Below, piece after piece: positions 38,901 through 51,409 of a stretch of DNA of 64,000 bases (positions within the stretch are counted from its first letter, which is position 1; each line of letters opens with the position of its first letter). This DNA comes from Antedon mediterranea (taxonomy: Eukaryota; Animalia; Echinodermata). Below the pieces are notes generated by a model. That model worked only from the letters and a program-made list of their open reading frames with translations. It did no database searches and had not been told where the DNA came from. Both the position numbers and the translations under genes were made by a program. The stretch is taken from contig NC_092676.1 in the NCBI RefSeq assembly GCF_964355755.1, positions 5,743,888 to 5,807,887 of the forward strand, in the 5' to 3' direction.

Positions 38901-41900
38901 TATAGTCTTTCAGTCAATGATAGGGACATTATCTACATAGTAAATGCTGATGAGTATTCTTTAATTAGGCAAAAATTAACTGTTAAAATGAGAATGTGTT
39001 ATTCTCATTATCACAAATTCTATAGAAGATTCTAAATATTTATTATCATCTTAATGTATTTATCATTTTTATGTATTTAATTAATTCTCTTTAAATAATT
39101 ATCAATGAACAATTATTGATAATCTTTAAAAAATGAATGATTTATTAATAATGGGTAAATAATGTTACTGCATAATATTCAGTATTATAAATTATTTTAT
39201 TATTTATTTAAAAACAAATTAGACGAAGGAATTAATATGAGTCAAAATACTTACAGCCATGTCAGTGCTGTCAATCTATCAAATACATTGGCTGGCAATG
39301 TGCTTATTTGGTTACCGCTCAAATCCCTTCAAAGTAAAAACAATGTACAGTAACAATTACAATATTCAAGCTGTTTGATATGTCAACTTTTATTTTCGGT
39401 ATACATTTTTTTTGAATTATTTCTATAGTCTTTCAGTCAATGATAGGGACATTATCTACATAGTAAATGCTGATGAGTATTCTTTAATTAGGCAAAAATT
39501 AACTGTTAAAATAATAATGTGTTATTTATTATCACAAATTCTATAGTAAATTCTAAATATTTATTATCATCTTTATGTATTTATCATTTTTATGTATTTA
39601 ATTAAATCTCTATAATGACCAATGAACAATTATCGATAATCTTTTAAAAATGAAAAATGTATGAATAATGGCCTCTTCAAGTCAGCTGTATACTGCTCTA
39701 GTACTCTTATAGATACCCTTGTAAAACAAATTTGAATTAATAAATAAATTTATTTTTTATAGCAAATTCTAATTATTATTTGTTTTATTATTATCCTAAT
39801 GTTTTATTATCATTTATCATTTATTATCTACATAATAAATACTGATGGCCTGGGTATACTTTAATTAGGCTAAAATATATGTTTTATTTTGTTATTCTCA
39901 TGAACATAATTTTTATAGGAAATCATACAAATTTGTTATCATCTTTATGTATTTAATAATATAATTATTTAATTTACCTAAATAATGACCAATAAACAAT
40001 TATTAATATCTTTAAACAATGAATAATGTAATGAAAATTGTTAATACTGTATGTGATTTTTTTTTAAATACTGTGTTTGTTGATCAAATTATGAATGATA
40101 AACTGCATTATATTCATTGTTATGAATTATTTCATTTGTTTTCTTTTCAAATAAATTAAAACAAATAAATTAATTTTAGAAAAATACTTACAGTTTTTTC
40201 AGTGCTGCCAATCTATCAAATACATTGGCTGGCAATGTACTTATTTGGTTATAGCTCAAATACCTTCAAAGTAAAAACAATGTACAGTAGCAATTACAAT
40301 ATTCAAGCTGTTTGAAATGTCAACTTTTATTTTCAATATACATTTTTGAATTATTTTAATAGTCTTTCAGTCAATGATAGGGACATTATCTACATAGTAA
40401 ATGCTGATGAGTATTCTTTAATTAGGCAAAAATTAACTGTTAAAATGATAATGTGTTATTCTCATTATCACAAATTCTATAGAAGATTCTAAATATTTAT
40501 TATCATCTTAATGTATTTCCCATTTTTATGTATTTAATTAAATCTCTTTAAAAAATGATCAATGAACAATTATTGATAATCTTTAAAAAATGAATAATTT
40601 ATTAATAATTGTTAAATAATGTTACTGCATAATATTTAGTATTATAAATTATTTTATTATTTATTTAAAAACAAATTACACGAAGGAATTAATATGAGTC
40701 AAAATACTTACAGTGTTGTCAGTGCTGTCAATCTATCAAATACATTGGCTGGCAATGTACTTATTTGGTTTCTGCTCAAACTCCTTCAAAGTAAAAACAA
40801 TGTACAGTAACAATTACAATATTCAAGGTGTTTGATATGTCAACTTTTATTTTCGGTATACATTTTTTTTGAATTATTTCTATAGTCTTTCAGTCAATGA
40901 TAAGGACATTATCTACATAGTAAATGCTGATGAGTATTCTTTAATTAGGCAAAAAGTAACTGTTAAAATAATAATGTGTTATTTATTATCACAAATTCTA
41001 TAGTAAATTCTAAATATTTATTATCATCTTTATGTATTTATCATTTTTATGTATTTAATTAAATCTCTTTAAATAATGACCAATGAACAATTATTGATAA
41101 TCTTTAAAAAATGAATGATTTATTAATAATGGGTAAATAATGTTACTGCATAATATTCAGTATTATAAATTATTTTATTATTTATTTAAAAACGAATTAC
41201 ACGAAGGAATTAATATGAGTCAAAATACTTACAGCCATGTCAGTGCTGTCAATCTATCAAATACATTGGCTGGCAATGTGCTTATTTGGTTACCGCTCAA
41301 ACCCCTTCAAAGTAAAAACAATGTACAGTAGCAATTACAATATTCAAGCTGTTTGAAATGTCAACTTTTATTTTCAATATACATTTTTGAATTATTTTAA
41401 TAGTCTTTCAGTCAATGATAGGGACATTATCTACATAGTAAATGCTGATGAGTATTCTTTAATTAGGCAAAAATTAACTGTTAAAATGATAATGTGTTAT
41501 TCTCATTATCACAAATTCTATAGAAGATTCTAAATATTTATTATCATCTTAATGTATTTATCATTTTTATGTATTTAATTAAATCTCTTTAAATAATGAC
41601 CAATGAACAATTATTGATAATCTTTAAAAAATGAATAATTTATTAATACTGGTTAAATAATGTTACTGCATAATATTTAGTATTATAAATTATTTTATTA
41701 TTTATTTAAAAACAAATTAAACGAAGGAATAATATGAGTCAAAATACTTACAGTTCTGTCAGTGCTGTCAATCTATCAAATACATTGGCTGGCAATGTGC
41801 TTATTTGGTTATACCACAAATTCCTTCAAAGTAAAAACAATGTACAGTAACAATTACAATATTCAAGCTGTTTAGAACCTCAACTTTTATTTTCGGTATA

Positions 41901-44900
41901 CATTTTTTTTGAATTATTTGTATAGTCTTTCAGTCAATGATAGGGACATTATCTACATAGTAAATGCTGATGAGTATTCTTTAATTAGGCAAAAAGTAAC
42001 TGTTAAAATAATAATGTGTTATTTATTATCACAAATTCTATAGTAAATTCTAAATATTTATTATCATCTTTATGTATTTATCATTTTTATGTATTTAATT
42101 AAATCTCTATAATGACCAATGAACAATTATCGATAATCTTTTAAAAATGAAAAATGTATGAATAATGGCCTCTTCAAGTCAGCTGTATACTGCTTTAGTA
42201 CTCTTATAGATACCATTGTAAAACAAATTTGAATTAATAAATAAATTTATTTTTTATAGCAAATTCTAATTATTATTTGTTTTATTATTATCCTAATGTT
42301 TTATTATCATTTATCATTTATTATCTACATAATAAATACTGATGGACTGGGTATACTTTAATTAGGCTAAAATATATGTTTTATTTTGTTATTCTCATGA
42401 ACATAATTTTTATAGGAAATCATACAAATTTGTTATCATCTTTATGTATTTAATAATATAATTATTTAATTTACCTAAATAATGACCAATAAACAATTAT
42501 TAATATCTTTAAACAATGAATAATGTAATGAAAATTGTTAATACTGTATGTGATTTTTTTTTAAATACTGTGTTTGTTGATCAAATTATGAATGATAAAC
42601 TGCATAATATTCATTATTATGAATTATTTCATTTGTTTTCTTTTTAAATAAATTAAAACAAACAAATTAATTTTAGAAAAATACTTACAGTTCTGTCAGT
42701 GCTGCCAATCTATCAAATACATTGGCTGGCAATGTACTTATTTGGTTATAGGTCAAATACCTTCAAAGTAAAAACAATGTACAGTAGCAATTACAATATT
42801 CAAGCTGTTTGAAATGTCAACTTTTATTTTCAATATACATTTTTGAATTATTTTAATAGTCTTTCAGTCAATGATAGGGACATTATCTACATAGTAAATG
42901 CTGATGAGTATTCATTAATTAGGCAAAAATTAACTGTTAAAATGATAATGTGTTATTCTTATTATCACAAATTCTATAGAAGATTCTAAATATTTATTAT
43001 CATCTTAATGTATTTCCCATTTTTATGTATTTAATTAAATCTCTTTAAAAAATGATCAATGAACAATTATTGATAATCTTTAAAAAATGAATAATTTATT
43101 AATAATGGTTAAATAATGTTACTGCATAATATTCAGTATTATAAATTATTTTATTATTTATTTAAAAACAAATTACACGAAGGAATTAATATGAGTCAAA
43201 ATACTTACAGCCATGTCAGTGCTGTCAATCTATCAAATACATTGGCTGGCAATGTACTTATTTGGTTACTGTGCAAATACCTTCAAAGTAAAAACAATGT
43301 ACAGTAACAATTACAATATTCAAGGTGTTTGAAATGTCAACTTTTATTTTCAATATACATTTTTGAATTATTTCTATAGTCTTTCAGTCAATGATAGGGA
43401 CATTATCTACATAGTAAATGCTGATGAGTATTCTTTAATTAGGCAAAAATTAACTGTTAAAATGATAATGTGTTATTTATTATCACAAATTCTATAGTAA
43501 ATTCTAAATATTTATTATCATCTTAATGTATTTATCATTTTTATGTATTTAATTAAATCTCTTTAAATAATGATCAATGAACAATTATTGATAATCTTTA
43601 AAAAATGAATAATTTATTAATACTGGTTAAATAATGTTACTGCATAATATTTAGTATTATAAATTATTTTATTATTTATTTAAAAACAAATTAAACGAAG
43701 GAATTAATATGAGTCAAAATACTTACAGTTCTGTCAGTGCTGTCAATCCATCAAATACATTGGCTGGCAATGTACTTATTTGGTTATCGTGCAAATCCCT
43801 TCAAAGTAAAAACAATGTACAGTAACAATTACAATATTCAAGTTGTTTGATATGTCAACTTTTATTTTCGGTATACATTTTTTTTGAATTATTTCTATAG
43901 TCTTTCAGTCAATGATAGGGACATTATCTACATAGTAAATGCTGATGAGTATTCTTTAATTAGGCAAAAATTAACTGTTAAAATGATAATGTGTTATTCT
44001 CATTATCACAAATTCTATAGAAGATTCTAAATATTTATTATCATCTTAATGTATTTCCCATTTTTATGTATTTAATTAAATCTCTTTAAAAAATGATCAA
44101 TGAACAATTATTGATAATCTTTAAAAAATGAATAATTTATTAATAATGGTTAAATAATGTTACTGCATAATATTTAGTATTATAAATTATTTTATTATTT
44201 ATTTAAAAACAAATTAAACGGAGGAATTAATATGAGTCAAAATACTTACAGCTGTGTCAGTGCTGTCAATCTATCAAATACATTGGCTGGCAATGTGCTT
44301 ATTTGGTTACTGTTCAACCTCCTTCAAAGTAAAAACAATGTACAGTAACAATTACAATATTCAAGCTGTTTGATATGTCAGCTTTTATTTTCAGTATACA
44401 TTTTTTTTGAATTATTTGTATAGTCTTTCAATCAATGATAAGGAAATTATCTACATAGTAAATGCTGATGAGTATACTTTAATTAGGCAAAAATTAACTG
44501 TTAAAATAATAATGTGTTATTTATTATCACAAATTTTATAGTAAATTCTAAATATTTATTATCATCTTAATGTATTTATCATTTTTATGTATTTAATTAA
44601 TTCTCTTTAAATAATTATCAATGAACAATTATTGATAATCTTTAAAAAATGAATGATTTATTAATAATGGGTAAATAATGTTACTGCATAATATTCAGTA
44701 TTATAAATTATTTTATTATTTATTTAAAAACAAATTACACGAAGGAATTAATATGAGTCAAAATACTTACAGCCATGTCAGTGCTGTCAATCTATCAAAT
44801 ACATTGGCTGGCAATGTGCTTATTTGGTTACCGCTCAAACCCCTTCAAAGTAAAAACAATGTACAGTAGCAATTACAATATTCAAGCTGTTTCAAATGTC

Positions 44901-47689
44901 AACTTTTATTTTCAATATACATTTTTGAATTATTTTAATAGTCTTTCAGTCAATGATAGGGACATTATCTACATAGTAAATGCTGATGAGTATTCTTTAA
45001 TTAGGCAAAAATTAACTGTTAAAATGATAATGTGTTATTCTCATTATCACAAATTCTATAGAAGATTCTAAATATTTATTATCATCTTAATGTATTTCCC
45101 ATTTTTATGTATTTAATTAAATCTCTTTAAAAAATGATCAATGAACAATTATTGATAATCTTTAAAAAATGAATAATTTATTAATAATTGTTAAATAATG
45201 TTACTGCATAATATTTAGTATTATAAATTATTTTATTATTTATTTAAAAACAAATTAAACGAAGGAATTAATATGAGTCAAAATACTTACAGGTGTGTCA
45301 ATGCTGTCAATCTATCAAATACATTGGCTGGCAATGTGCTTATTTGGTTACCGTTCAAATCCCTTCAAAGTAAAAACAATGTACAGTAACAATTACAATA
45401 TTCAAGCTGTTTGATATGTCAGCTTTTATTTTCGGTATACATTTTTTTTGAATTATTTGTATAGTCTTTCAGTCAATGATAGGACATTATCTACATAGTA
45501 AATGCTGATGAGTATTCTTTAATTAGGCAAAAAGTAACTGTTAAAATAATAATGTGTTATTTATTATCACAAATTCTATAGTAAATTCTAAATATTTATT
45601 ATCATCTTAATGTATTTATCATTTTTATGTATTTAATTAAATCTCTATAATGACCAATGAACAATTATCGATAATCTTTTAAAAATGAAAAATGTATGAA
45701 TAATGGCCTCTTCAAGTCAGCTGTATACTGCTCTAGTACTCTTATAGATACCCTTGTAAAACAAATTTGAATTAATAAATAAATTTATTTTTTATAGCAA
45801 ATTCTAATTATTATTTGTTTTATTATTATCCTAATGTTTTATTATCATTTATCATTTATTATCTACATAATAAATACTGATGGACTGGGTATACTTTAAT
45901 TAGGCTAAAATATATGTTTTATTTTGTTATTCTCATGAACATAATTTTTATAGGAAATCATACAAATTTGTTATCATCTTTATGTATTTAATAATATAAT
46001 TATTTAATTTACCTAAATAATGACCAATAAACAATTATTAATATCTTTAAACAATGAATAATGTAATGAAAATTGTTAATACTGTATGTGATTTTTTTTT
46101 AAATACTGTGTTTGTTGATCAAATTATGAATGATAAACTGCATTATATTCATTGTTATGAATTATTTCATTTGTTTTCTTTTTAAGTAAATTAAAACAAA
46201 TAAATTAATTTTAGAAAAATACTTACAGTTTTGTCAGTGCTGTCAATCTATCAAATACATTGGCTGGCCATGTACTTATTTGGTTACCGTACAACAACCT
46301 TCAAAGTAAAAACAATGTACAGTAACAATTACAATATTCAAGCTGTTTGAAATGTCAACTTTTATTTTCGGTATACATTTTTTTTGAATTATTTCTATAG
46401 TCTTTCAGTCAATGATAGGACATTATCTACATAGTAAATGCTGATGAGTATTCTTTAATTAGGCAAAAAGTAACTGTTAAAAAAGGAATAATTTATTAAT
46501 AATGGTTAAATAATGTTACTGCATAATATTCAGTATTATAAATTATTTTCTTATTTATTTAAAAACAAATTAAACGAAGGAATTAATATGAGTCGAAATA
46601 CTTACAGGTGTGTCAATGCTGTCAATCTATCAAATACATTGGCTGGCAATGTACTTATCCGGTTATAACTCAAATCCCTTCAATGTAAAAAAAAGTTCAT
46701 TAACAATTACAATATTTGATATTCCATTCATACAGGTATAGGCCTACAGTGATTGTGCTTGGGGTATATAAAGTGACCCCACAAAATGAAATTATTTCTG
46801 ATAACTCTAAGTACTAAATTTCAAATTGTCATTAGGTCATTATTACATATTTTAAAATATATATTATATATATTTTTAAATTCCACGTTTTATAATAAAC
46901 TTACAATGAAATGTTTGCACTGACTGACTTACAATTCTGTTACTGGAATATGATCATTATACTCGTTGATGGTTGCGATGTTATTAATACTCCATGGAGG
47001 ACGACATTCCACTCTGTGACCGTAAGTAGACCTCTTAGGCGCACCACATTCACAGTCGGCTGGACATTCTGCATTTGTTAAAAACAAGACAACTCGGAGA
47101 TACGTCAAGAAAGGAAAAGTGGAAACTATCTTTTTCAATATATATGTAATGTTACAAATGCAATCAAATCAAATAAAATGTCTAGCTGTGACCGCTCAAT
47201 TAAATATAATTCGAATCAGATAAAAAAATTAATTCATAATCATGTAAAAATAAATACTGTATAGTACAGTATATAAACAAAAGTTGAACATTAACATTTA
47301 AATCAGATTGTCTTCGAAGTTTAATAACAGTACTGTTGTTATAAACCAACAAAACAGTATAGTTTGTATGAGGCATACTGTTCAAAGACAGGGCTACATC
47401 TATTATTAAATACAGTATCAAATACCAAACAGCTAATTAATTATTATATTAAACAATTAATAAATTAAAAAAATGAAGCAATCATACCGGGAAGGGTATT
47501 AGGATTCCAGGCGATAGTAGTAGGATCATAGTCAGAGTTGATGACGTGATTGGTAACGTTAACGTAAGTAGAGCTGCCACTGTCACTGTCACCACCACTG
47601 GGAAGGGTGTCACTAAAACAACGAGAACAAGGTAATACAACCAATATAACAATACAATACAGTAGTATGATTCCTTTTAAGATGAACAT
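34907..47689 (-). CDS. LRR-GPCR paralog C, complete (20 coding exons, ~859 aa; LGR type-C/GRL101-like 7TM with 15 VLR-like variable LRRs plus 2 capping LRRs)
   Basis: Exons: 47488-47689, 46933-47068, 72-nt exons starting 46606, 46227, 45291, 44771, 44250, 43727, 43209, 42689, 41752, 41233, 40712, 40192, 39255, 38732, 37799, then 37036-37110 (75 nt, YLQENAITTIEPGAFSSFASSLSR), 36357-36428, 34907-35921. Total 2580 nt, all GT-AG, no internal stop. Confidence 0.9.
37450..46720 (-). repeat. Tandem intron+LRR-exon array of paralog C
   Basis: 15 units. Motifs in transcript order: DLSY, LLYG, DLNG, GLSG, RLNS, DLHD, YLHS, YLTY, NLWY, GLSG, SLSR, YLSY, DLSG, HLDR, YLYN. Confidence 0.93.
46933..47068 (-). 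CDS. Paralog C exon 2 (LRRNT)
   Basis: Same translation as A exon 2, canonical splice sites. Confidence 0.88.
47488..47689 (-). CDS. Paralog C exon 1 (signal peptide plus short Ser/Gly linker)
   Basis: MFILKGIILLYCIVILVVLPCSRCFSDTLPSGGDSDSGSSTYVNVT...NTLP. 202 nt, phase 1. Confidence 0.85.
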
Positions 47690-48167
47690 CTTCTTAACTT
47701 AATTCACTCGTAATCAATTTAATAAACTTTACTTCTGCGAGTCTGCTCAGCATATAAACAATTTTGTTTACAATCTTCATTTACCTGTAGATATTGCTTT
47801 TAATTATTAAACATTTAGATAAAGTACATCACCGGATGCATTAATACAATTGTTAATATTTAATACTATATTGATATTATATAATATTCATGTAATAAGC
47901 ACAACATTTATAAAACACATGGACTAGTTAACTAGGATTGTTGAAATGGAATAATAAGCTGAACTCTGTTTTACTGACTACGACGTCATGATGTATACTG
48001 TACAACCAAATTCATCCATGATTTGTGTTTTCTACTTCCATTAGATATAGGCAGAGTGAGGCTGGGTGTGTCTAGAAAACTCCTATTTCAAGATCTGAAT
48101 TTTATAGTTTCATTAAAAAAAAATAATAAATGGATCATTTCATTATTATCCGTGGAAGAATTTTTAA

Positions 48168-48418
48168 AATGTTATATATACCGTTCAAAAATGCTATATA
48201 CCTTTTTAAATGTAATATACCTTTTTAAATGTTACATACCTTTTTAAATGTTATAGACCCTTTTAAACGTTATAGACCTTTTTAAATGTTATATACCTTT
48301 TGAAATGTTATATACCTTTTTAAATGTTATATACCTTTTAAATGCTATATACCTTTTTAAATGTTATAGACCTTCTTGAATGTTATATACCTTTTAAAAT
48401 GTTATATACCTTTTAAAC
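48168..48418. repeat. ~20-bp minisatellite
   Basis: aatgttatatacctttttaa, about 12 copies. Confidence 0.9.
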
Positions 48419-49314
48419 TAATGCATATGTCATCATAACCACCAAGCCACAACACCACTTCACTCCACTTGATCAATGGAAAGCGACAGTTTAAATAATC
48501 AATTGTAATCTATTGTATTAATCTTCATTTTGCTCATTTTGTTCAATTCTGTATATTTTTTGTATAATGTATTTAACTACTCAGTTCGCAATTCAGTTTA
48601 TACTGCCATGAATTGTTTTATGTATATACTTATTTGATGAATAAAAGATACCGAAATATAATCAATCGTTTGAGGTTGATCAAATGTCTTACATTGCGCC
48701 TACGTCTTCCGGTTGCGTCCTGGTGGAGCCAAGCTATTTAATTTATTTCTTTATTCTGACATAAAATCATAAAAAAAAGGATAAAAAACACAATAAAGTA
48801 CCGAGACGGCAAACTTATTTCCATTGTGGTCCTAAACAACAACAAATAACATTACAACACCATCTATAACTAGCTTGAAAAGGTCAGTATTTGATATTAG
48901 CAATAGAGATGTGGTTTCTATGAATGGCTGTCGAATTTTGTGGGAAAGGGCTTTTTTATTTTGTTGTATTGTTTTATAGTTTTTATAAATAGAAGTGAGT
49001 ATACAAACTTTGAATGAAAAGTGATTTTCTGTGTCTAGATTGAATCTGAAAAGTATTGGAACAATAAACCCGTTTTCTGGGCAAAATAGAGAAGTGGTTA
49101 AGAATAAAAAATACGACTGGTTGGCAGGGCGAACCTCAAACTTTAATAAAAAGTGTTGACAGAAAAGGCGAACAAGTTGAATTCAAAATAATAACAATAT
49201 TATTAATCATCGTGTATTTCTAATAATATTGTTAGTATTGTTATGAATTATGCATATATCATAATGGATTTGATGCAGCAACTGTCGTTGTACAGGAAGT
49301 TCAAAATACGCAAG

Positions 49315-49380
49315 TGGAACGACATTGCCACGTCAGCCAATCAACAACTCACAACAGTTACCAAAGATTCAGCCAATCAA
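49315..49380. promoter_or_regulatory. Conserved upstream module of paralog C (TGCCACGTCA plus 2 CCAAT)
   Basis: Motifs retained although the surrounding DNA is clearly diverged from the A/B upstream regions. Confidence 0.5.
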
Positions 49381-50297
49381 ATCTAAGTCGAAGCTTGTTA
49401 ATTTTTTAGTGAAATATGTTACGATCATTATCAAAGCCATTATGTTATATTCATAATTCATATTGAATTCAGGTTTTTTGTCTTGTCATGCTTAAGGAGG
49501 TTTTCACACCTGAAAATAAACTGGAGCCGCTACCGGAGCAGGTGTGAAAGAGGCTTTAGATAATATGAGGGAAATTCCCCAGATTTGTGTACTACTGTGT
49601 TAGTTTAAAGTGTAAATATCTGTTCAATTACATTATTTTCTTACTTCTTTCTTGTATATTATGTATAACATCAAAATGTATAAACACTGTTTTGTTTTAT
49701 TATCGGATGTTCATTTCGTTTTGACCTCACAATTTAAGCATTGTTTGCTTCACGGACCGAATCTAGCTGGGCCGTGATAATGACGTCATACAGTTTAGGG
49801 TGAGGTATTAATGAGGAGCATTGATCGAAGTGTTAACATTTACAAAACATCTACAAAACATCTTTTTTATGTCTAATTATTTTAGTTTTAAGATTGAAAT
49901 TCTCCATCTCAAACCCATATTATAAATCCAAAATGTATCCAACGATTATTTTATCTTAGTTTAAAGGGTTTTCTTGTTTACGTTTTACTGTATATATTGT
50001 AGGCTTTAGACAATTTAACATTTCTTGAATATAAATTTTATTAAGATAATATTACCGCAGGGAAGTTGACCAACGATAATTCAAATAATCCATCGCTTGT
50101 GATTGGTCAAATTACTTACAGTATTATCTTCTACTCTATTTCTAATTTATTTCGCTTTCCCGTGAATATTATGGTTATGTATCATGGTTTTCTTTTATGC
50201 CTTATGTTTTGTTGCGATTAAATATTCTTCTTTTTTTCCGAAATCTAAGAAATAAAACAATCGGCTATCAATAATCTCAACCAAGGACTGTAAGCAG

Positions 50298-50849
50298 GGG
50301 TGGATTGCTATAAAACAGTCTTAACTGATGGTCTTAACTCCCCGATTAAAGCCGGCTTTATCAGATAGACGGTCTTACTAAAGCCACCCTGTTAGACCAT
50401 TGCTATAAAACAGTCTTAGATAAGACCGCGCAAAGTATTTTGCACGTAGAATGCCAAATAAGGTAATGTTCGTCACGCTTATTCAATTCACAATCATAAC
50501 AGTGTGTACACTTATACGCGAGAAAATCTATTCTAAGCCTATATAAGAATAAAATCACCGTTATTACCTAATGTAACACTTAAAACTCGTTCAATTGGTT
50601 ATCTTTTACGATAAATAATACATAAAAGCAATAAAAAGAGAGGTTTAAGACTGTTTTAAGACTCCTTCGAGTAGGCTTTAATTTTAAAGACCGTTTACAG
50701 GTTAGAACACGGACCTATAAATTAGATAGGTCCATGGTTAGACCGCGGTATTGCAATGTTCTATTATTAATAAAGACTACTTGCTACGTCACGAATTATA
50801 GCAGGCTAAGCGCTAAAACCGGTTATAGACCGCTTTTAGCAATCCGCCC
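50298..50849. mobile_element. MITE, PIF/Harbinger-like, 3-bp CAG TSD
   Basis: cag|gggtggattgctataaaacagtct ... agaccgcttttagcaatccgccc|cag. Confidence 0.7.
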
Positions 50850-51409
50850 CAGGACTCGAAACCTTCGATATAACGTACTGTATTGATAGAAAACAGATAT
50901 GTTTAATTCAAATAGATAATAATTAGTAATGTCAGTTTTGACGCAGGAAGATAACACGTGCATTTCTAATATTGTATCAATATCAATTATGTATATATTA
51001 TAATGGCTTTGATGCAGCTAATGATATAAACAGAAGTCAATAAAACATTAACATTTCTAGGTATAATTTGTCCTCACGAAGTCACGTATGCTTCATAAAT
51101 GTAACATACATTACATCGTCTCTCATCGCACCGCGCGCCGCTGTCAACTTCCGTTCGTCTGGTTAGGACTTTTTGAATTTGATTGGCTGAATCTTTGGTT
51201 ACCTGAGTCTTTTATTGGCGCACTTGGCAATGTACAACGATTGGAAAACGTTTTTGAGTTACTATTTTAAAAGGTCAAACACACGGGATCTTTAACCAGA
51301 AAGCTATTCCTCGAAAGGATCAGATGAATACGAAACATATACACGACGACAAGACATGTGCCTATTATTTATATAGCATTATTTTCTCGCATAATAATTG
51401 ATATTTAAA

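Noticed and set aside
55-46720. Recurrent plus-strand ORFs MLLHNIQYYKLF...SNTLAGNVLIW as a multicopy small-protein family
   Set aside because: They are antisense shadows of the intron/exon unit. They are present only in some copies and end at variable stops, while the minus strand gives canonical splice sites and an LRR in every copy.
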